64,000 bases of DNA from an uncultured candidatus Porisulfidus sp. Lineage in GTDB: Bacteria; Pseudomonadota; Gammaproteobacteria; Poriferisulfidales; Poriferisulfidaceae. The translations under genes and the position numbers were made by a program. The DNA is taken from positions 854,346-918,345 of the forward strand of contig OY764335.1 of the NCBI GenBank assembly GCA_963668445.1. Reading direction: 5' to 3'. The notes under the pieces were generated by a model. It made no database searches. It was given only the letters and a program-made list of their open reading frames with translations, and was not told the origin of the DNA. Below, piece after piece: positions 57,753 through 64,000 of the stretch (its first letter is position 1; every line of letters begins with the position of its first letter).

Positions 57753-58046
57753 ATGGAACCATTGAATTTGAGCCGGGAACTGGTGCAGGGCTTGGTGAGC
57801 GTGCTGCACGGGCACGATGAGCGCTGCCAAGCGGATGCCATGCTGGCGGCACAGTATTTGGCGGCGGTCGTCGGGCTGCTCGTCGGCAACACCGATCGCC
57901 CGGCTGGCGAGAAGAAGGAAATAATTAGAGAAATCAATGCTTTCAGCGAATATGTTATGAACGATGTGATGGGCCAGACGCGACCGGCGCCGCCGCCGCC
58001 GGATCCGGCGAAGGCATTCGGAATCTGGAAGCCGCCCGGCGCCTGA
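57753..58046 (+). CDS. Hypothetical protein (98 aa), unknown function
   Basis: ORF with good GC3 between tRNA-Arg and serS. No recognisable domain; C-terminal Pro-rich tail. Confidence 0.45.
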   Translation: MEPLNLSRELVQGLVSVLHGHDERCQADAMLAAQYLAAVVGLLVGNTDRPAGEKKEIIREINAFSEYVMNDVMGQTRPAPPPPDPAKAFGIWKPPGA

Positions 58047-58062
58047 CCCCAGACTCGCGGTC

Positions 58063-59343
58063 ATGCTGGACCCCAAGACGCTGCGTGCCGACCCGGCCGC
58101 GGTTGCCGCAAATCTTGCCCGGCGCGGGCATGCCTTCGACGCCGACGCATTCGCCCGTCTGGAAGCGGAACGCAAGGCCGTGCAAAGTGCGGTCGAGCAA
58201 TCTCAGGCGGAACGCAATGCATTGGCGCGGCGCATTGGCGCGGTGCGGCAGAGCGGACAGGATGCCACCGAACTGATGGCGCAGGCTACGGCGCTGAACG
58301 AACAACTTCAGAGGCAACAGCAGGAGCTGGCGGACATTCGCGCGCAATTGGAAAGCTGGCTGCTGGGCACGCCGAATCTGCTCGACCCGGAAGTGCCGGA
58401 CGGCACTGATGAGCAAGCCAACCAGGAATTGCGCCGCTGGGGAGAGCCTCCCGTGTTCTCTTTCGAGCCACTGGACCATGTGGCGCTGGGCGAGCGTTGC
58501 AACGGCTTGGATACGCGGCGGGCGGCGGCCATGTCCGGCGCGCGCTTCGCGACGATGCACGGCGACTTGGCGCTGCTGCATCGGGCTTTGGCGCAGTTCA
58601 TGCTGGACTTGCATACGCGCCAGCACGGCTATCAGGAATGCTACGTGCCGTATCTGGTCAATGCGCAGAGCATGCAAGGCACAGGGCAGCTTCCTAAGTT
58701 TCGGGAGGATTTGTTTGCGGTCGAAAGCGAACAGTATTTTCTGATCCCGACGGCTGAAGTGCCTTTGACTAACCTGCTGCACGACACCATTCTTGAAGCA
58801 GAACGGCTTCCATGGCGCCGGGTGGCGCATACGCCGTGCTTTCGGGCCGAAGCCGGTTCCTACGGAGCCGACACGCGCGGACTGATCCGGCAGCATCAGT
58901 TCGACAAGGTGGAATTGGTGCAGGCCGTGCGTCCGGACGACTCGGAGCAGGCGTTGGAAGAATTGACCGTGCACGCCGAAGCCGTCCTGCAGGCCTTGGG
59001 CTTGCCGTACCGCGTCGTGTCGCTGTGCGGCGGCGATATCGGCTTCGCGGCCGCCCGCACCTACGATATCGAGGTTTGGTTGCCTAGCCAAGGCACGTAC
59101 CGGGAGATTTCTTCGTGCAGTAATTTCAGGGATTTCCAGGCACGCCGCTTGCAGGCGCGGTTCCGACCCGATTCCAAACGGCCGCCGCAGCTGGTGCACA
59201 CGCTGAACGGATCCGGGCTGGCGGTGGGCCGGACGCTGGTGGCGGTGCTGGAGAATTTCCAGCGCGAGGACGGCACGGTCGGTGTGCCGGAATGCTTGGG
59301 CCCTTGGATGCGAGGCGTGGCCCGCCTGGAGGTGGCTGCGTGA
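58063..59343 (+). CDS. serS: Seryl-tRNA synthetase
   Basis: N-terminal coiled-coil arm plus class II core motifs. Full-length SerRS homology. Confidence 0.95.
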   Translation: MLDPKTLRADPAAVAANLARRGHAFDADAFARLEAERKAVQSAVEQSQAERNALARRIGAVRQSGQDATELMAQATALNEQLQRQQQELADIRAQLESWLLGTPNLLDPEVPDGTDEQANQELRRWGEPPVFSFEPLDHVALGERCNGLDTRRAAAMSGARFATMHGDLALLHRALAQFMLDLHTRQHGYQECYVPYLVNAQSMQGTGQLPKFREDLFAVESEQYFLIPTAEVPLTNLLHDTILEAERLPWRRVAHTPCFRAEAGSYGADTRGLIRQHQFDKVELVQAVRPDDSEQALEELTVHAEAVLQALGLPYRVVSLCGGDIGFAAARTYDIEVWLPSQGTYREISSCSNFRDFQARRLQARFRPDSKRPPQLVHTLNGSGLAVGRTLVAVLENFQREDGTVGVPECLGPWMRGVARLEVAA

Positions 59344-59843
59344 GCGCCTATGACGGACGCCGCCGCTTCACGGGCGCTGGGAGCGTCGAATGGATCGGAG
59401 TTCGGACGCATCGACAGCAGCCAATCGAGGTTCGCCAGCAAGTGCAGGCCATCGAGGGCTGCGGATTGGAGGGCGATCATGCGGCCGGCCGCCGCGGCGG
59501 CAAGCGGCAGGTGACGCTGATCCAGGCGGAGCATTTTCCGGCGATTGGACAGCTTGCGGCCAAGCCGCCGAAGCCCGAACTGCTGCGCCGGAACTTGGTC
59601 GTCTCCGGCATCAATTTGCGGGCGCTGGTCGGGCGCAAATTCCAGATTGGAAGTGCTCTTTTGGAGGGTACCGGAGATTGTCCGCCATGCCGTTCCATGG
59701 AACGGGCGTTGGGTTCCGGCGGCTGCGATGCCATGGCCGGCATGGGCGGCGTGACGGCGCGGGTTCTGAAAGGCGGGCCGATTTGCATCGGCGATGCGGT
59801 CGCCCCCTATAATCCGCAGCCTCAAACAGAGCGTTTGATCTGA
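59340..59843 (+). CDS. MOSC-domain protein (YiiM-like)
   Basis: MOSC beta-barrel homology with the conserved Cys near the C-terminus (..[10 protein letters not shown]..). The start is either the GTG overlapping the serS stop or the upstream ATG at 59292. Confidence 0.7.
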   Translation: MSAYDGRRRFTGAGSVEWIGVRTHRQQPIEVRQQVQAIEGCGLEGDHAAGRRGGKRQVTLIQAEHFPAIGQLAAKPPKPELLRRNLVVSGINLRALVGRKFQIGSALLEGTGDCPPCRSMERALGSGGCDAMAGMGGVTARVLKGGPICIGDAVAPYNPQPQTERLI

Positions 59844-59845
59844 CG

Positions 59846-60163
59846 ATGCCCATCTACGAGTACCGTTGCGAAGGTTGCGGCTTTCTGCTGGAAGCGTTGC
59901 AGAAGATGAGTGCCGCACCGCTGGTGCGCTGTCCCGAGTGCGGCGAAGACCTGTTGCGCAAGCAGCTGACCGCGGCTGGTTTTCAGCTCAAAGGCAGCGG
60001 CTGGTACGAAACGGACTTCAAGGCTAAGCCGAAGAAGGAATCCGGCGAACAGGAGGCAGCCAAAGACAGCAAGAAGTCTGATGCCGGCGGCGCATCCAAG
60101 GCGGCCAAGCCGAACGGCCCGAAATCATCGGCATTATCCTCGGCAGGCAGTTCTGGCAAATAG
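59846..60163 (+). CDS. FmdB-family zinc-ribbon protein with a Lys/Ala/Ser-rich C-terminal tail
   Basis: MPIYEYRCEGCG...CPECG zinc ribbon (CxxC..CxxC), followed by a low-complexity K/A/S tail. Confidence 0.8.
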   Translation: MPIYEYRCEGCGFLLEALQKMSAAPLVRCPECGEDLLRKQLTAAGFQLKGSGWYETDFKAKPKKESGEQEAAKDSKKSDAGGASKAAKPNGPKSSALSSAGSSGK

Positions 60164-60332
60164 CCTGCAGCCGAGGGCATTTCGAGTTGGGGACCCGGCG
60201 CGATGGCGAGCGGCATGTTGTTGGCGCAATGGCAAACTGGCACAATAGGCGGGCCGCTCCGGCAGGGCCCCGAATTTCTATGAACGACACTTCTGCAGCT
60301 GGCGCAAGCATGGCGCGGGGGCGTCCGGCCGC

Positions 60333-62129
60333 TTGGCACCACGCATGAATGCTTCCCGCGCCGAAGCGCGCTGCTACTGCGGGACGGCGCGTCCGGCCCA
60401 GATCGGGCAGGATCTGCACCTGTTCGGCTGGGTGAACCGGCGCCGCGACCATGGCGGCATCATTTTCATCGATCTGCGCGATTGCAGCGGCGTGGTGCAG
60501 GTCGTTGTCAATCCCGGTCAGGCCGCCTTGTTCGCTGTCGCCGAGCAGGTGCGCACGGAGTTCGTGCTGGCCGTCTCCGGACGTCTCCGGGCCCGTCCAG
60601 ACGGCACCGCCAATTCGGAACTGCCCACCGGCGAGGTCGAAGTGGTGTGCACTGCCTTGGAGATCCTGAACGCCGCCGATACGCCGCCGTACCAACTCGA
60701 CGATGTGCAAGTGCACGAAGACCATCGCCTGCGCTACCGCTATCTGGAGTTGCGCCGTCCGTCCGTGCAGGAACGGCTACGACTGCGCGCCCGCCTAGCG
60801 GCGGCGGTGCGCCGCTATTTGGACGGCCAGGGCTTTGTGGAAGTCGAGACGCCGATGCTGACGCGGGCGACGCCGGAAGGTGCCCGCGAGTATCTGGTGC
60901 CCAGCCGCACGCACGCCGGATCGGTGTTCGCGCTGCCGCAGTCGCCGCAGTTGTTCAAGCAGATGCTGATGATGGGCGGCATGGACCGCTACTACCAGAT
61001 CGTGCGCTGCTTCCGCGACGAAGACCCGCGCCAGGACCGCCAGCCGGAATTCACGCAGATCGACATTGAGACTTCGTTCTTGCAGGAGCCGCAAATCCTG
61101 GATCTCATGGAAGGCATGGTGCGGGACATGTTCGCCGCCGCGGAGATGGAATTGCCGACCCTGTTCCCGCGCATGGCATGGGCCGAGGCTGTGCGGCGAT
61201 TCGGGACGGACCGGCCGGACTTGAGGATTGACGGCTTGGAGCTGGTCGACGTGGCGGATCTGCTGACCGAAGTCGAATTCAAGGTGTTTCGTGAACCGGC
61301 CAATCGCGCCGACGCGCGGGTCGCGGTGCTGCGCGTGCCGGATGCGGCCGACATGAGCTTGGGGCAGATCGATGCCTATGCCGAAGTGCTCAAGCCGTAC
61401 GGCGCCCGCGGCTTGGCTTGGATCAAGTGCCACCAGGTCGCGCAAGGCCGTGGCGGGCTGCAGGCGGGATTCCTGAAATTTCTGCCGGATGAGGCGATCC
61501 AAGGCATTCTGGAGCGCACCGGCGCACGCGATGGCGACTTGCTTATGTTCGGGGCCGGCCGTGCGGACATCGTCAATGCGTCGCTGTCCTTTTTGCGGAG
61601 CCGGCTGGCGCAGGACCGGGCGTTGCGCGAGGATGGCTGGCGGCCGCTTTGGGTGGTGGACTTTCCGCTGCTGGAAAAAGATCCCGAGACGCAGCGCTGG
61701 ATGGCCATGCATCATCCGTTTACCGCGCCGGCGGCGGCGGATGCGGCGCAGTTGGAGGCCGACCCGGGCGCCGTCCGCGCCCGGGCCTACGATATGGTGA
61801 TCAATGGCGTCGAGGTCGGCGGTGGCTCCATCCGCATCCACCACTCGGACATGCAGCAGGCCGTGTTCAAGCTGCTCGGCATCGGCGCCGAAGAGGCGCA
61901 GGCCAAATTCGGCTTCTTTCTGGACGCCTTGCGCTACGGCTGCCCGCCGCACGGCGGCATCGCCTTCGGCTTCGACCGTTTGGTCATGCTGCTGGCAGGG
62001 GCGGAAGCAATCCGTGACGTGATCGCCTTTCCCAAGACGCAGACCGCCAATTGCCTGCTGACCGGCGCTCCAGAGCCGGCCGAGGCGGAACAACTGCGCG
62101 AACTTGGATTGCAGAGGCCGCCGGCATGA
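60333..62129 (+). CDS. aspS: Aspartyl-tRNA synthetase
   Basis: Anticodon-binding OB domain ([19 protein letters not shown]), class II motifs, and the bacterial GAD insertion. Confidence 0.95.
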   Translation: MAPRMNASRAEARCYCGTARPAQIGQDLHLFGWVNRRRDHGGIIFIDLRDCSGVVQVVVNPGQAALFAVAEQVRTEFVLAVSGRLRARPDGTANSELPTGEVEVVCTALEILNAADTPPYQLDDVQVHEDHRLRYRYLELRRPSVQERLRLRARLAAAVRRYLDGQGFVEVETPMLTRATPEGAREYLVPSRTHAGSVFALPQSPQLFKQMLMMGGMDRYYQIVRCFRDEDPRQDRQPEFTQIDIETSFLQEPQILDLMEGMVRDMFAAAEMELPTLFPRMAWAEAVRRFGTDRPDLRIDGLELVDVADLLTEVEFKVFREPANRADARVAVLRVPDAADMSLGQIDAYAEVLKPYGARGLAWIKCHQVAQGRGGLQAGFLKFLPDEAIQGILERTGARDGDLLMFGAGRADIVNASLSFLRSRLAQDRALREDGWRPLWVVDFPLLEKDPETQRWMAMHHPFTAPAAADAAQLEADPGAVRARAYDMVINGVEVGGGSIRIHHSDMQQAVFKLLGIGAEEAQAKFGFFLDALRYGCPPHGGIAFGFDRLVMLLAGAEAIRDVIAFPKTQTANCLLTGAPEPAEAEQLRELGLQRPPA

Positions 62130-62587
62130 AGGCCGCGGCGCGCACCTGCAAGCGGCCGGAGTCGGTTCTGGTTGTGGTGTACAGCGAGGATGGCCAGGTG
62201 CTGATGCTCCGGCGGCATCAGCCTCCGACGTTCTGGCAGTCGGTGACAGGCAGCTTGGAGTGGGGCGAGCAGCCGCGGCAGGCTGCCAATCGGGAGCTGG
62301 AGGAGGAAACCGGTTTGGATGCATCGGCGCTGGAAGACTGCCACGACAGCCACCTGTTCCAGATATACGACATTTGGAGGAACCGCTACGCGGAAGGCGT
62401 GACGCAAAACCGCGAGCATGTGTTCCGGCTGGCGGTGCCGCAGGCATGCTCAATTACGCTGGACGCCTTGGAGCACGCCGAATACGAATGGCTGCCTCGT
62501 GTTGCGGCAGCGCACCGGGCCACCTCGTACACCAATCGGCAGGCCATTTTCGACTGGGTGCCGCAGGTGCCGGAGCACCGCGGCTAA
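62126..62587 (+). CDS. nudB: NUDIX hydrolase (NudB-like dihydroneopterin triphosphate pyrophosphatase)
   Basis: Nudix box ([23 protein letters not shown]). aspS-nudB-yebC-ruvC-ruvA order as in E. coli. Start overlaps the aspS stop. Confidence 0.85.
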   Translation: MKAAARTCKRPESVLVVVYSEDGQVLMLRRHQPPTFWQSVTGSLEWGEQPRQAANRELEEETGLDASALEDCHDSHLFQIYDIWRNRYAEGVTQNREHVFRLAVPQACSITLDALEHAEYEWLPRVAAAHRATSYTNRQAIFDWVPQVPEHRG

Positions 62588-62613
62588 AGCTGCCGCCGCA
62601 TCAGGGTTCGAAC

Positions 62614-63354
62614 ATGGCCGGGCACAGCAAGTGGGCGAACATCCAGCACCGCAAGAAGCGGCAGGACGACAAGCGTGGCAAACTCTTCTCCAAACTGATT
62701 CGGGAAGTGATGGCGGCTGCGCGCGTCGGCGGCCCGAACCCGTCCGACAACGCCCGGCTGCGTCTGGCCATGGACAAGGCGGCGGCGGCGAACATGCCGA
62801 AGGACACCATCGCCCGAGCCGTCAAGCGGGGCAGCGGCGATGCGGACGGGGCGATGTACGAAGAAGTGCGGTACGAAGGCTACGGTCCGGGCGGCGCTGC
62901 CGTGCTGATCGACTGCCTGACGGACAACCGCAACCGCACCGTCTCCGAAGTGCGGCACGCACTGGCCAAGCATGGCGGCAGCTTGGGCAACAGCGGCTCG
63001 GTGACCTATCTTTTTTCGGCCACCGGCGTGCTGAGCTATGCGCCCGGAGCCGACGAAGAGATGCTGATGGAGCAAGCCCTGGAAGCAGGCGCCGAAGACG
63101 TCATGCTGCTGGACGACCAGTCGTTGGAGGTGCTGACGCAGCCGCAGGATTTCATGGCGGTTCGGGCCGCCCTGGCCGAGGCCGGGCATCCTCCGGATCA
63201 TGCCGAAGTCGCCATGCGTGCGCAGACGCAGGTCGAACTGGACGGCGAGGCGGCGCGGAGCCTGCTGAAGCTGACGGACCGTCTGGAGGAACTGGACGAT
63301 GTTCAAGAAGTCTATACGAATGCCAGCCTTTCAGATGCGGCCTACGAGGCATGA
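62614..63354 (+). CDS. yebC: YebC/PmpR-family transcriptional regulator
   Basis: [14 protein letters not shown]... signature N-terminus. Confidence 0.93.
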   Translation: MAGHSKWANIQHRKKRQDDKRGKLFSKLIREVMAAARVGGPNPSDNARLRLAMDKAAAANMPKDTIARAVKRGSGDADGAMYEEVRYEGYGPGGAAVLIDCLTDNRNRTVSEVRHALAKHGGSLGNSGSVTYLFSATGVLSYAPGADEEMLMEQALEAGAEDVMLLDDQSLEVLTQPQDFMAVRAALAEAGHPPDHAEVAMRAQTQVELDGEAARSLLKLTDRLEELDDVQEVYTNASLSDAAYEA

Positions 63355-63842
63355 TGCGGATTATCGGCGTGGACCCTGGCCTGCGGCGCAGCGGCTACGG
63401 CGTCATCGATACCGATGGCGTCCGCCATCGCTACGTAGGCAGCGGCCAGATATGCCCGACGGGCGGCACGATGCCGGAACGCCTTGGCGAATTGTTTCTG
63501 GGGCTGCGCGAAGTGCTGCAGAAGTTTGCGCCGCATTGCGTGTCGATGGAGACCTCGTTCGTGGCGGCAAATGTGGGTACGGCTTTGAAGCTGGGGCAGG
63601 CTCGCGGCGCTCTGGTCAGCAGTTGCGCCTTGCAGCAGTTGGAGGTCTTCGAATATTCGCCGCGCCGCATGAAGCAGGCGGTGACCGGGCAGGGCGGCGC
63701 CACCAAGGCGCAGGTCCAGTTCATGGTGAAGCGGCTGCTCAGTTTGGGCGAATCACCGCAGGCCGACGAGGCGGACGCCTTGGGCCTGGCGCTGTGCCAT
63801 GCGCATACGCACCGTCCGTCCGACCTGAGGCAGGCTTCGTGA
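63351..63842 (+). CDS. ruvC: Holliday junction resolvase RuvC
   Basis: [18 protein letters not shown]... RNase-H fold catalytic Asp/Glu residues. Start overlaps the yebC stop. Confidence 0.94.
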   Translation: MMRIIGVDPGLRRSGYGVIDTDGVRHRYVGSGQICPTGGTMPERLGELFLGLREVLQKFAPHCVSMETSFVAANVGTALKLGQARGALVSSCALQQLEVFEYSPRRMKQAVTGQGGATKAQVQFMVKRLLSLGESPQADEADALGLALCHAHTHRPSDLRQAS

Positions 63843-64000
63843 TCGCCTACCTGCGCGGGCGGGTCGCATACCGCAAGCCGCCGGAATTGATTATGGACGT
63901 TGCCGGCGTCGGCTATCGCGTACTGGCTTCCATGGCGGCATTCGCGCAACTGCCGAAGGACGACGCGGAGACGCTGCTGCCCACGTTGCTGGTGGTGCGC
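63839..64000 (+). CDS. ruvA: Holliday junction DNA helicase RuvA (3'-truncated by window end)
   Basis: GTG start overlaps the ruvC stop. (M/V)IAYLRGRV... is the canonical RuvA N-terminus. Confidence 0.85.
   Translation, partial: MIAYLRGRVAYRKPPELIMDVAGVGYRVLASMAAFAQLPKDDAETLLPTLLVVR

Overview
High-GC (~64%) proteobacterial chromosome segment, almost entirely housekeeping genes and nearly all on the + strand.

Gene order, start to end:
- A 5'-truncated giant surface protein: tandem fibronectin-III repeats, then three Calx-beta domains, then a C-terminal autotransporter-type beta-barrel.
- aapJQMP-type polar amino-acid ABC transporter, followed by a convergent HAD hydrolase.
- The complete str-S10-spc-alpha ribosomal super-operon: rpsL-rpsG-fusA-tuf-rpsJ-rplC-rplD-rplW-rplB-rpsS-rplV-rpsC-rplP-rpmC-rpsQ-rplN-rplX-rplE-rpsN-rpsH-rplF-rplR-rpsE-rpmD-rplO-secY-rpmJ-rpsM-rpsK-rpsD-rpoA-rplQ.
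- Convergent uvrA, an MFS transporter, and two tandem ssb paralogs.
- miaB-phoH(ybeZ)-ybeY-corC-lnt.
- A minus-strand trio typical of tetrahydromethanopterin/methanofuran-type cofactor biosynthesis (DHPS-like MptH, DUF447, MfnB-like DUF556).
- An RND efflux pair.
- recJ-nadD-rsfS-maf-yhdP, a convergent short RNase E, and rluC.
- tRNA-Arg(ACG), an orphan small ORF, serS, a MOSC protein, an FmdB zinc-ribbon protein, then aspS-nudB-yebC-ruvC-ruvA (ruvA truncated by the window end).

The synteny (rplQ/uvrA, uvrA<->MFS-ssb, H4MPT genes, GC content) is most consistent with a Methylococcus-like gammaproteobacterial methylotroph; that is inference only.

No CRISPR array, transposase, integrase or recognisable defence or toxin system was found.

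The most unusual signals:
1. tuf has a codon usage radically different from its neighbours fusA and rplC, and reverts to host style in its last ~14 codons.
2. S10 and L23 both carry lysine/alanine/proline-rich low-complexity N-terminal extensions.
3. The giant FN3/Calx-beta autotransporter-like protein has an internal DNA-level super-repeat.
4. Tandem ssb duplication with no recognisable CTGT-N8-ACAG SOS boxes nearby.
5. A perfect 20-bp palindrome, plus a hairpin/U-tract in the rpsL leader.
6. A ~570-bp ORF-free leader upstream of the H4MPT-type gene trio.
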